Shown: positions 18,158 to 27,115 of the stretch, in pieces
Layout: every line of letters begins with the position of its first letter
Position numbering within the stretch: position 1 is the first letter of the stretch
Origin: an uncultured Gemmatimonadaceae bacterium
GTDB taxonomy: Bacteria; Latescibacterota; UBA2968; UBA8231
Length of the DNA: 64,000 nucleotides
Assembly (NCBI GenBank): GCA_964401715.1
Contig: CAYNZV010000001.1
Location: 7,649 to 71,648, forward strand
Direction: 5' to 3'
Program-made: the position numbers and the translations under genes
Notes under the pieces: model-generated
The model's database searches: none
What the model was told of the DNA's origin: nothing
Seen by the model: only the letters and a program-made list of their open reading frames with translations

Positions 18158-18643
18158 CTGTCGTTACCCACGTCGCTACGAACAATAGCATGAATTCGCT
18201 GTGTGTCTTTCCGAATCAATTCAATTAAACATTTACTTGGTGCCGGATCGCTATTGTACCGGTAATCATTGATGGTTGTATTTGTCAGATACAAACCCCC
18301 ATTGGAATCCGTGGTAATCGTTAACGCAGGTTTCATCGTTTTTTCCTTAATGGGTATCGTGCGGCATCCGGAGAGGGGTATCTTTGCAGCAATGCCGGGC
18401 GCTATCGCCGTCATCTGTGCCTTCGCGTTGTATGTGCCTCAGTTGGTGCGACTATAGGGTCGGCAACATCAACGACATAATAAGATTCTGGCAAGAGCAC
18501 CATCTCGCAGGGTAATCCCCTGTAATGCTTGGCCTTGGATTGGCCGTAGCACTTCTTTTATTGGCCAACCCAATAGTTAAGACGGTTGGCGCCAAGCGCT
18601 AATTGCGCTCGGGCCAGTCCAACCTTTCGAGCAAAGACCTGTG

Positions 18644-20146
18644 TTATGAGAACAGCTGGTCCGTCGACGACAAGTCCACAGTGTCGTCTGTGTCTTGCTG
18701 CCATTTTCGCAAACGCTCAGTCAAATCTTGCAGCAGAGGTCGGTATCGTGGATCGCGCACCAGGTTTCGGGTCTCAATTGGGTCTTCCTCGAGATAGTAG
18801 AGTTCGTGCTCACCAAGCGGACTGCAGACGAACTTCCAGCCATCTGAGGTAACAATGGTGCGCACTGGGTCGAGGACGCTTGCCTCGATATCCTCTTCTG
18901 TGACGATTCCCTGCATGCATTCTGGGACAAAGCCCTCGGGGGGCTGAGGCCCTTGCCACTCTATGAAAACGTCCGAGTCGGCCGAAGGCGTCTCACTCTG
19001 CTGCATGAGGGGCAGCAAGCTTTTCCCCTGGAGGTGATCGGGGATCTGCTGATCCATCAGGTCGAGGATCGTTGGCACTAGATCGATGTGGCCAACCGGT
19101 CCTTTCACCCGCTTGTCGGCCTCGCCCGGCACGCGGATCAGCAACGGCACTCGAACCGATTCCTCGAACATAAGACCTTTGCCGCGCAGCTGGTGGCTGC
19201 CCATCAGGTCGCCGTGGTCGGAGGTGAAGACGACGATGGTGTTGTCGGTCAAACTACACTCGGCCAGCGTATCGAGGATGGTGCCCACGTGGGTGTCTAC
19301 CAGGCTGCACAAGCCCCAATAGCGGGCGATCAAGCTCCTCCAATCAGCTTCCGTATTGAGACCGTCGTTACCGTAGCCGCGCTCGCCGAAACCGCGTTCG
19401 CGGTAGAGGTGATAGAGGACCCGAGCTTTGAGTGACTGATCCTCGGTGGGTGGGTTCGCGAAATTGGCGGGCATGGTGATCTCTGCGGGGTCGTACTGAT
19501 CGTCGCGCGGCCCAAAGTAAGGCTGGTGGGGTTCGAATAAGCTCACGTACAAAATGAACGGCCGTGTTTTGTTATCCCGAATGAAACGGGAGGCCTCGCG
19601 GGCAAGGTAGGCCGGCTTGCCGAGTGCCTCCGGCAGGCGAGCGCAGAACTTTGAGCTGAACCCCCGGAACCCATCGTCAGCTACTTGGTCCGGTTTATAC
19701 CCTTTCTCCGCCAGAAAATCATGGTAGGTGCAGTGTTTGAACCGGTCTCTATCTTTGGTGTATACTGGGCGATGCTGCATGTCTTCGATACTGACCCAGT
19801 CATCGAACCCGTGCTGCGCAAATACGTCGTCTCCCAGATGCCATTTTCCGTAATGGGCGCAGACGTGATCGCTCTCAACCATCTCTGGCAAGCAGGGCGT
19901 TTCTTCCTTGAGAGTTTCATAGATGTGTCCAGTGCCGACACCGGTCGTATGCGGATATAGGCCTGTCAGGATAGTCGCGCGTGAAGCCTGACAGACGGGC
20001 TGGGTCACGTAGGTCTGCTCGAACAAAACGCTCTCTTCGGCAAGCTTGTTCAGATTCGGCATCTGGATCAGATCGTTGCCGTACGCGGCCAGTAAGTCAG
20101 GTCTCTGCTGGTCGGTGTAGATGAACAGAAGGTTTGGTTGCGCCAT
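18644..20146 (-). CDS. Cys-type (formylglycine) sulfatase, apparently cytoplasmic
   Basis: PNLLFIYTDQQRPD and PVCQASRATILTGLYPH (C-x-A-x-R signature). Also FTSDHGDLMGSH and WKFV..PLGEHELYYLEEDPIETRNL, the typical sulfatase tail. No signal peptide. Confidence 0.85.
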   Translation of the reverse strand: MAQPNLLFIYTDQQRPDLLAAYGNDLIQMPNLNKLAEESVLFEQTYVTQPVCQASRATILTGLYPHTTGVGTGHIYETLKEETPCLPEMVESDHVCAHYGKWHLGDDVFAQHGFDDWVSIEDMQHRPVYTKDRDRFKHCTYHDFLAEKGYKPDQVADDGFRGFSSKFCARLPEALGKPAYLAREASRFIRDNKTRPFILYVSLFEPHQPYFGPRDDQYDPAEITMPANFANPPTEDQSLKARVLYHLYRERGFGERGYGNDGLNTEADWRSLIARYWGLCSLVDTHVGTILDTLAECSLTDNTIVVFTSDHGDLMGSHQLRGKGLMFEESVRVPLLIRVPGEADKRVKGPVGHIDLVPTILDLMDQQIPDHLQGKSLLPLMQQSETPSADSDVFIEWQGPQPPEGFVPECMQGIVTEEDIEASVLDPVRTIVTSDGWKFVCSPLGEHELYYLEEDPIETRNLVRDPRYRPLLQDLTERLRKWQQDTDDTVDLSSTDQLFS

Positions 20147-20361
20147 TCAGAGGTCCCTTTTCGCGGCGCCAGAAGGCGCATACGTTATGGATTCGTTGGA
20201 TATGGTTTTCTGATCTTGTTGCGTCGTCCGTATCTTTAGACCATTAAACAGGTTGGCGTAGTTCCCATAGGGTGAACAACCCCGGTTCGGGACTCAAGTC
20301 CGGTCTAAAGTTCGGATTCACGAGTTCTTAATGCAGCGAGTATTACTTGGGAGAAAAGAAG

Positions 20362-21483
20362 ATGCAGATTGTTGATATCGGCGTCCTTTCGCGCGGCGAA
20401 GCGGGTACCCCACGTGCTGCCCTTACCTTTCCCACCCTGCTCTCTATGTCTGATGGTAGCGTTATTGCAACCTGCCGTGCCGGCTCCACCAAAGACTCCA
20501 CCGACGAGTTGGTGGAATTCTATCGTTCCGATGATGAGGGGCACACCTGGAAGGCGCAGACGTGCCCGTTTGGTGCAATCAACCTCAACGGGGTGCGCGG
20601 CTCGGTCAAGGTTTGCTACCTGACCGAGGTCGAGCCCGGAAGACTCATGGCCGGCCTTCTGTGGATCGACCGTCAGACCTTCACAGACAAGCCATTGTTC
20701 AACGAGGAGTCGGAAGGATGCCTGCCGATGGCGATTCTATTGGCCGATTCAAACGACGGTGGAAAAAGCTGGTCCCCTCCGAGAGAGGTGCCGATGCCGG
20801 TGGATATCGGGCCGCCAAGCCTGACCAGTCCGGTGCTGAAGCTCAGGGACGGTATCTTAGCGCTGAGCATCGAGACCAACAAGCAGTATCTGGACAGCAC
20901 CAAGTGGTATCAGCGGGTCGTGTTTTTCCATTCGCACGACGACGGCAAGACTTGGGGGTCGCCGGTCACCGTCGGCGAGGATCCAAGCGGCCGCATCTTT
21001 TACTGGGATTTGCGTGTGGCTGTCGCACCGGACGGACGAGTCGGCGCATTCTCGTGGACCTATGACAGCCATACGAACGAATACCTAAACATTCACCGTC
21101 TTATCGGAAGTGACAACGGCCGCGCCTGGTCATTGCCGGAGGATGTTGGCTTTACCGATCAAGCTGCCCATCCGGCGATCCTGGCGGATGGACGTGTGGT
21201 GGTAGCCTGGGTCGATCGCTTTGGCAGCCATTCGATCAGAGCGCGTCAAGCGAGCGCCGTAGATGCTCCGTTCGATCCAGATTCGGAGGTGGTGATCTAC
21301 ACGCACGAACTGGCTGCTGCGGCCACTGACAACACCGGTGAATTGCTTGCCGATATGAAACTGTGGAGCTTCGGATTACCGTATGTGGAAGCATTGCCCA
21401 ACGGCGATGTCTTGGTTGTCTATTACGCTGGCAACGAATCGTGCATGGATATTCACTGGTCGCGGTTGCGGCTGGATGTTTGA
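20362..21483 (+). CDS. BNR/Asp-box repeat sialidase-like beta-propeller, leaderless (copy 1)
   Basis: Asp-box motifs SDDEGHTW, SNDGGKSW, SHDDGKTW, SDNGRAW. The ORF opens at TTG 20347; ATG 20362 is the likely start. Confidence 0.75.
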   Translation: MQIVDIGVLSRGEAGTPRAALTFPTLLSMSDGSVIATCRAGSTKDSTDELVEFYRSDDEGHTWKAQTCPFGAINLNGVRGSVKVCYLTEVEPGRLMAGLLWIDRQTFTDKPLFNEESEGCLPMAILLADSNDGGKSWSPPREVPMPVDIGPPSLTSPVLKLRDGILALSIETNKQYLDSTKWYQRVVFFHSHDDGKTWGSPVTVGEDPSGRIFYWDLRVAVAPDGRVGAFSWTYDSHTNEYLNIHRLIGSDNGRAWSLPEDVGFTDQAAHPAILADGRVVVAWVDRFGSHSIRARQASAVDAPFDPDSEVVIYTHELAAAATDNTGELLADMKLWSFGLPYVEALPNGDVLVVYYAGNESCMDIHWSRLRLDV

Positions 21484-21491
21484 GGGCAACC

Positions 21492-22370
21492 GTGGAGACC
21501 TACGTTTACAAACAAGTCGGCGACCTGAAGATTCAAGCGGATGTTTATCGAACGCCAGCACCGGTTGGGCCAGTTGTGGTATGGATCCATGGTGGCGCAC
21601 TGATAGTCGGGCATCGTGGCAGCGTAATCGAAGCCTTACGTGACAGATTTCTAGATGCGGGATGTGTTCTGGTTTCTATCGACTATCGGCTGGCGCCCGA
21701 AACCAAACTTCCTGAGGTCATTGAGGATGTCGAAGATGCCTTTATCTGGATTCGGCAGCGGGGATCTGAACTGTTCGGCGCCGACCCCGGACGCCTTGCC
21801 GTCCTGGGCGGATCCGCAGGAGGTTATCTGACCCTCGTTGCCGGTCATCGTGTCCAACTACCACCCTTGGCGCTGGTTTCGTTTTACGGTTACGGCGATT
21901 TGACAGGCGCGTGGTACAGTCAACCTAGTCCGCACCCGAGACATCAGCAGAAAACCATGAGCCACCAAGAAGCGTATGCGCAGGTGAGTGGGGCACCAAT
22001 TGCTGATTCACGTGAAAGACCAGGCGACGGTAATGCCTTCTATCAACATTTGCGGCAAACCGGGCAATGGCCTCAAGCAGTTTCCGGTTTTAATCCCGAC
22101 ACTGAAGCAGAGAGGTTCACGCCTTTCATGCCGGTGCGAAATGTGGGCCCCGATTACCCGCCAACCTTACTGATTCACGGAACGGCCGACACTGACGTGC
22201 CGTACGAACAGTCGGTCTTGATGGCCGAACAGTTTGACCATCACGATATCGAGCACCGTCTGGTTTCGCTTGACGGGATTGAGCACGGATTGGACGGGTT
22301 GGATGAAGCCGTTAAGGCTGAGGTGTATGCCGACGCTGTCGACTTCGTCTGCCACAAGCTAGGTATCTGA
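21492..22370 (+). CDS. Alpha/beta-hydrolase fold-3 esterase/lipase
   Basis: HGG oxyanion motif in VVVWIHGGALIVG, the GxSxG nucleophile elbow in VLGGSAGGYL, and HGTADTDVPYEQS near the C-terminus. The listed ORF (21363) overlaps the upstream gene. GTG 21492, 8 nt after that gene's stop, is the likely start. Confidence 0.75.
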   Translation: METYVYKQVGDLKIQADVYRTPAPVGPVVVWIHGGALIVGHRGSVIEALRDRFLDAGCVLVSIDYRLAPETKLPEVIEDVEDAFIWIRQRGSELFGADPGRLAVLGGSAGGYLTLVAGHRVQLPPLALVSFYGYGDLTGAWYSQPSPHPRHQQKTMSHQEAYAQVSGAPIADSRERPGDGNAFYQHLRQTGQWPQAVSGFNPDTEAERFTPFMPVRNVGPDYPPTLLIHGTADTDVPYEQSVLMAEQFDHHDIEHRLVSLDGIEHGLDGLDEAVKAEVYADAVDFVCHKLGI

Positions 22371-22459
22371 ATGGTTCAGAAGGTTGATCCATAGTCCTGC
22401 ACGATTGCTACTGACACACGGAGATCACGGCAGTCGCTTTCAGCTGCGCTTGGGGAGCC

Positions 22460-23356
22460 CTACGACAGGCGATAAATTCGTTTGGCGTTGCCCGACAGCA
22501 GCTTTTGCTGATCCCCCTGCGGTCTGTCCGAGATAATCTCCCGCAGGGCCGATGCCCAATCGGCAAAACTGGCGGCCAACGTACACACAGGCCAATTACC
22601 GGCGGAGACGACCCGGTCTGGACCGAAGCTGTCGAGACAGTGATTCACCACCGTCGCCAGAGTATCCGGCTCCCATTCCGGAGGCGCAGATTCTACGGCC
22701 CCCGAGATCTTGCACACCACGTGTTCGTGCTCACCCAATACGGCAACGTCATGCATCCACTGTTCTTTGGTGTGGCTGAACGGGTTGGCCGGATCGTGCT
22801 CGAGAGTGCCGTTGACGATCTGTACGTTGCCGATGCCGCAGTGGTCGAGAATGAAAAGGGTTTCCGGGCACTGTTCCACCAACTTGATAGCATCGCTCAG
22901 TTCTTTCGGTCGCATGCAGATGCCGAAGCTCTTGCCGATCGAACCAAGGTATTGCACATCCTTCACGATTCCCTTTTGCAGACAGGTGCCCGGTTTCGTT
23001 TCCGGTGGGTGAAGGACATGGCGCACCCCTTTTATGTAATCGTTGTCCTTGAACTGATCGATGTAAGTCCGAAAACCGTCCTCTCCCAACCCGCCACCGA
23101 TCACCGCGCCGGCCATGGTGTTGTCGTCGCTTTCACACAAGCCGATGACGTAGTTTGCTTCCTCGGTGCGCTGCTCGGGAACTACATCTACTTCCATGTA
23201 GACGGTCCTAGATACGCCGCAGGTAGCTGTGGCCTCAACGTAGTCGCTGACGAGATAGCTCTTTCTCAAGGGATCCATACCCTCCCATTGCAACCATGAC
23301 AACGAGAATTGCTCCAGATCCCAGAGATGCTGATGCGTATCAATCATCGACAACAT
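22460..23356 (-). CDS. Amidohydrolase-2 (PF04909-type TIM-barrel) hydrolase, lactonase-like
   Basis: N-terminal MIDTHQHLWDLEQFSLSWL is typical of this family (for example sugar lactonases). Also FILDHCG. Confidence 0.7.
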   Translation of the reverse strand: MLSMIDTHQHLWDLEQFSLSWLQWEGMDPLRKSYLVSDYVEATATCGVSRTVYMEVDVVPEQRTEEANYVIGLCESDDNTMAGAVIGGGLGEDGFRTYIDQFKDNDYIKGVRHVLHPPETKPGTCLQKGIVKDVQYLGSIGKSFGICMRPKELSDAIKLVEQCPETLFILDHCGIGNVQIVNGTLEHDPANPFSHTKEQWMHDVAVLGEHEHVVCKISGAVESAPPEWEPDTLATVVNHCLDSFGPDRVVSAGNWPVCTLAASFADWASALREIISDRPQGDQQKLLSGNAKRIYRLS

Positions 23357-24027
23357 ATGGTACCACCTTTTCGTATATAGCTTCTCAATTGCACAGCCAT
23401 TCCAGGTAAAGAACAGTCGCGAACGGCTCGGCCGGTATCACCGGATCCCAACCCCCGCCAGTGTCGCCACCCGTCTCGTATTTGCGATTAGTGAATTTCC
23501 GCAGATTCCAGCACAGGAGACACTAGTCGTAGCGGTAGGCCATCAGTGGGCCAATCCAGGACGAGCTGGGTTTCAGGAGGCATGCCGGTTGGTTGTGGGC
23601 CGCGTCTGCCCAGACAGCAGTATAGCGATGGACACCAGGCAGACCGGTGAAGCTAGGTGACAGTATTTGAGACGCATGTTTCGATTGCTTGGGGAATGGT
23701 CGAGGCTACATACCGCATTTGGAGTGACACGTGCAGATATACTCTTGACTGATGCGGCAGTCAAGGTCGACGGTCCTGTTACCTCGACTGTTCGTGGAGG
23801 TCCGACGATGCCCTCCAGTAGAAGGGACTGTCCAGCCTGCCATTCAGGTTATTGGTCAATCCGATTCCTTGACCTTACAGTTCTTACATGCTCTTTATGT
23901 GATCATGAAGAAACCGCCTCAGCATAGCAAAACCAAATGACACCGATTCCTCCTGTACGATGATACCAGATAGAAGGATCAAATTGCAGCATGACCACCC
24001 TGCAGCAGCAGTGGCAGCAAAAAACGC

Positions 24028-24062
24028 GCGACGATACACCGCTTCCGGAGGTGTATCGTCGC
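24028..24062 (-). terminator. Strong hairpin (13-bp perfect stem, 9-nt loop) followed by a U-tract on the minus-strand transcript: an orphan intrinsic-terminator-like element
   Basis: GCGACGATACACC-gcttccgga-GGTGTATCGTCGC. On the plus strand it is preceded by AAAAAA(CGC), so a minus-strand RNA would end ...GCGUUUUUUGC. No convincing minus-strand CDS lies upstream of it. Confidence 0.45.
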
Positions 24063-24171
24063 TAAACCGCAAGCTGGTGAGCCGGAATATTGTAGATTTC
24101 CACACATCGCCACTGACAACAGTGCGTCTGTGTGAGCGATTGTCTGCGCTGGCAGTCGAGTAAGCGGCAAT

Positions 24172-24903
24172 GTGGTTTCCCAGACGAAAGGGGAGGCGGT
24201 GACCTTTAAGAGCATCTACGAGCAACTGAAGATTGCGAGCACTGCAACCTTGACCACGGTTTTGAAGCGCCGGGGTCTGCACTACACCTTCATGCACGAC
24301 GTAACGCCTTTGCGTGAAAACTCGAGAATGGCAGGAACTGCGTTCACCTTGCGCTACATTCCCTGTCGCGAGGATCTCGACACCGGCGAGGTGGACAATC
24401 TCACCGATGTTCAGCGACTCGCCATCGAACAAGTCTCTGAAGGCGAGGTTCTGGTGGTGGATGCCCGCGGCGACACCCGGGCTGGCATTATGGGCGACAT
24501 CCTGTCGACGCGAGTGCAGGTTCGCGGAGCCGCTGGCATCGTTACTGACGGCGCTTTTCGGGATTCGCCGTCGATCGCGGAGCTCGACATCCCGGCCTAC
24601 GCCCGCGCGATGAATGCCCACAGCAACAAAACGGTTCACCATGCCAGCGAATTGCAAGTGCCCATCGCCTGCGGCGGTGTAGCCGTTTTTCCTGGGGACG
24701 TTATTGTTGGCGATGGGGAGGTGGTGGTGGTGATACCGCAAGGACTTGCCGCCGAAGTTGCCGACGAAGCCATCGCGCAGGAGGAGAAGGAGGAGTTCAT
24801 CCTCCAGAAGGTTCATTCCGGCTCGAGCATCCTCGGCGTATATCCGCCGGACGAAAAAACAATGGCGGAATACCAAGCCTGGCGGGAGAAGAAAGACCAT
24901 TAA
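24172..24903 (+). CDS. RraA / HMG-aldolase (4-hydroxy-4-methyl-2-oxoglutarate aldolase)-like protein
   Basis: TATLTTVLKRRG, GEVLVVDARGDTRAGIMGDILSTRVQVRGAAGIVTDGAFRDSPSIAELDIPAYARA, and GDVIVGDGEVVVVIP match the RraA-like family pattern. GTG start; the exact start is uncertain. Confidence 0.75.
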   Translation: MVSQTKGEAVTFKSIYEQLKIASTATLTTVLKRRGLHYTFMHDVTPLRENSRMAGTAFTLRYIPCREDLDTGEVDNLTDVQRLAIEQVSEGEVLVVDARGDTRAGIMGDILSTRVQVRGAAGIVTDGAFRDSPSIAELDIPAYARAMNAHSNKTVHHASELQVPIACGGVAVFPGDVIVGDGEVVVVIPQGLAAEVADEAIAQEEKEEFILQKVHSGSSILGVYPPDEKTMAEYQAWREKKDH

Positions 24904-25018
24904 CCGGCAGTAAGATCGAACCGCAAAGACGCCGGAGTCAACAGATAGGTCGCCAGAGTCATAACGCCAACTTACTGACACTTGGCGGATAGTCAGATTA
25001 TTTGAATCAAACCTGAAC

Positions 25019-25783
25019 GTGAATATCGCTGAAGCCCTGAAGGCCCTCGACGCCGAGCAAGAAGTGCTGACCGCTCAAAACCTGAAAGATCTAGACGACA
25101 AGGGTTTCACTATTTTTCCGCGCTTCCTCGACGAGGGCTGGTTGTTGGCGTTGCGCACCCGCTTCGAAGAGCTTTGCGAAAAAGAGGGCTTTCACGCCGG
25201 CATCGAGGTCCACCAAGAAGAAGGCACCCGTCGCCTCTCCGATCTGTGCAATAAAGGCGAGGTTTTCGATAAGGTGTACACCCATCCTCAGGTCCTCGCT
25301 GCTGTCCACCACGTCATCGCTCGTGACTTCAAGCTCTCATCGCTGAACGGACGCGACGCCTTGCCCGGTAACGGCCTACAAGCCCTTCATGCCGACTGGG
25401 GGTCCGACTACGACGGATGCTTCCATGTCTGCAACTCGATTTGGCTGTTGGACGATTTCTCGGAAGAGAATGGTTGCACCCGACTGGTGCCGGGTACGCA
25501 CAAGGGGAAACATCCTCGCAACTCCCTGGAGGATCCGAAAGCGCTGCACCCGGATGAGGAGCTGGTCATTGCCCCAGCTGGCACCGTAGCCGTTTTCAAC
25601 AGCCACATCTGGCACGGCGGGACCCTGAACTGCAGTAAGGATCTGCCGCGCCGGGCGCTGCATTGTTATTTCACTGCCCGCGAACACGATCAACAGCTTA
25701 ATCAGCGCGAATACCTGCGTTACGAAACTTGGAAAAGGATTTCGCGAGCGGCACGCTATGTCCTTGACGTGGATCTGGCATGA
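25019..25783 (+). CDS. PhyH-family Fe(II)/2-oxoglutarate oxygenase, copy 3
   Basis: LDDKGFTIFPRFLD, LHADW, GCTRLVPGTH, and VAVFNSHIWHGGTLN. GTG start. Confidence 0.75.
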   Translation: MNIAEALKALDAEQEVLTAQNLKDLDDKGFTIFPRFLDEGWLLALRTRFEELCEKEGFHAGIEVHQEEGTRRLSDLCNKGEVFDKVYTHPQVLAAVHHVIARDFKLSSLNGRDALPGNGLQALHADWGSDYDGCFHVCNSIWLLDDFSEENGCTRLVPGTHKGKHPRNSLEDPKALHPDEELVIAPAGTVAVFNSHIWHGGTLNCSKDLPRRALHCYFTAREHDQQLNQREYLRYETWKRISRAARYVLDVDLA

Positions 25784-25847
25784 AATGTCGACAGATAGCC
25801 GGCGACCACAGCTTTCGCCGGTGATTCGCGACTGAGCTGGCGTTGAT

Positions 25848-27020
25848 TTGGTCAGAAGGATAACCAGGAAGGCCTGGCTGCGGCGCCTGATTCTGATCGG
25901 CTGGACGTCAGCTTTGGTTTACAATGGCGTGGTCATTGGTGTGGCACTTTACACCGAGGTAGGAGGCCAAACCACTGCTCGCGGTTGGGAACGTCTCCAG
26001 GTCGGTTACGAATATTTCGCCCAAGATTTCCCTCTAGGTTGGAAGATTCAGCCTGACCTGAAGATTTTCCTGAAACATCTGGGAAGCGACGACAAGACCC
26101 TGTTCTTCTCATCCAACCAAGACGGGCTACGTAGCTCGACTTTGGACGAAGGACGTTCCCTCATCATCCTGTTGGGCGATTCCTACGTCCAGGGGTACTA
26201 CCTCTATGACCACGAGACTATCGGTGCGCGGCTGAGTTTTCTTGCTGAAGCCAATGTGATCAACGCCGGAGTCGGTGGTTATTCCACCGATCAACAGTAT
26301 CTGCTTTTGACCCAGCTCCTCCAAGTGGGTAATCAACCGGCGTGGGTCGTACTGCTATTTTTTCCGAACGATCTCGAGTATCTGGAAAAATCGCAGGCTT
26401 GGGGGATGCGCAAACCTTACTTCGAGTCGTCAGAGGGTGAAATCGACTTCTCGCATGTCGTGTTCATCTCCGTAGCCACCGGCGACTACGTCGACGGTTT
26501 CGGAGCCAACGATCAAAGGGAGGTTGAGCTATGCTGCACCTACGAACTTCTCAACAGCCTGAAGGAGAAGATAGCGACAGCCTATAGCCACTTTCCGCAC
26601 CCTTTCGAGACGATTAGGGTATTGCAGGAGCAGATCGCCAACGTAAAGTTCGAGCACTTTGCCTATCAACTGCCAGAGCTATTCTACCGCGACCCAGAGA
26701 GCTACGAGGAGCAGTGGAACCGGTTTTTTCAGTTCGCCACCAAAATCAATGAAAATGGACAACGTGAGGATTATCGCCTGCTGCTGGTCTTCGTGCCCGA
26801 ATTGGCCCAGGTGACGGCGGCGGAAAAGGATCATTTTGAACCCCAGCGTTACTTCCTGAGTGGGTGTGCCGAACGTCAACTGGACTGCCTCGACCCTCAT
26901 GTCGACTTCATCGAGCGCCAGCAGGAGACAGATCTGTTCTTTATGGACGATGGGCATTTTTCGCCGGCCGGAGCCGAATTCCTTGCTGGCATCATACACC
27001 GCCATTTAGAGAGCAAGTGA
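25848..27020 (+). CDS. Membrane-anchored SGNH/GDSL-family hydrolase
   Basis: N-terminal TM segment (LILIGWTSALVYNGVVIGVALY). Block I LIILLGDSYVQGY (GDS) and block V FFMDDGHFSPAGAEFLA (DxxH). TTG start. Confidence 0.7.
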   Translation: MVRRITRKAWLRRLILIGWTSALVYNGVVIGVALYTEVGGQTTARGWERLQVGYEYFAQDFPLGWKIQPDLKIFLKHLGSDDKTLFFSSNQDGLRSSTLDEGRSLIILLGDSYVQGYYLYDHETIGARLSFLAEANVINAGVGGYSTDQQYLLLTQLLQVGNQPAWVVLLFFPNDLEYLEKSQAWGMRKPYFESSEGEIDFSHVVFISVATGDYVDGFGANDQREVELCCTYELLNSLKEKIATAYSHFPHPFETIRVLQEQIANVKFEHFAYQLPELFYRDPESYEEQWNRFFQFATKINENGQREDYRLLLVFVPELAQVTAAEKDHFEPQRYFLSGCAERQLDCLDPHVDFIERQQETDLFFMDDGHFSPAGAEFLAGIIHRHLESK

Positions 27021-27115
27021 GGTTGTTTAGCGGCGATAGCACGAGGGACGAATCGCCCGACCTGCCGGCAGTATTTTGCTTGACGACTCCGGCCCAACAA
27101 CTTACCGTTTAACTC

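Noticed and set aside
17998-18414. 138-aa minus-strand ORF downstream of the deacetylase-like gene
   Set aside because: It would overlap the convergent 17132..18157 gene by 160 nt. It has no motifs or RBS that I can support. I cannot exclude a shorter real gene in the low-GC island.
22505-23299. 264-aa plus-strand ORF
   Set aside because: It is antisense to the amidohydrolase-2 gene, which has the diagnostic IDTHQHLW start.
23667-23927. 86-aa ORF with CPAC...C..C (zinc-ribbon-like) residues in the long intergenic gap
   Set aside because: It is short with no RBS. The cysteine spacing alone is weak evidence, and the composition is not clearly coding.
23884-24981. 365-aa ORF on the minus strand
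   Set aside because: It lies fully antisense to the well-supported RraA-like gene (24172..24903). It is Arg/Gly/His-rich with no motifs, as expected of a shadow frame in GC-rich DNA.
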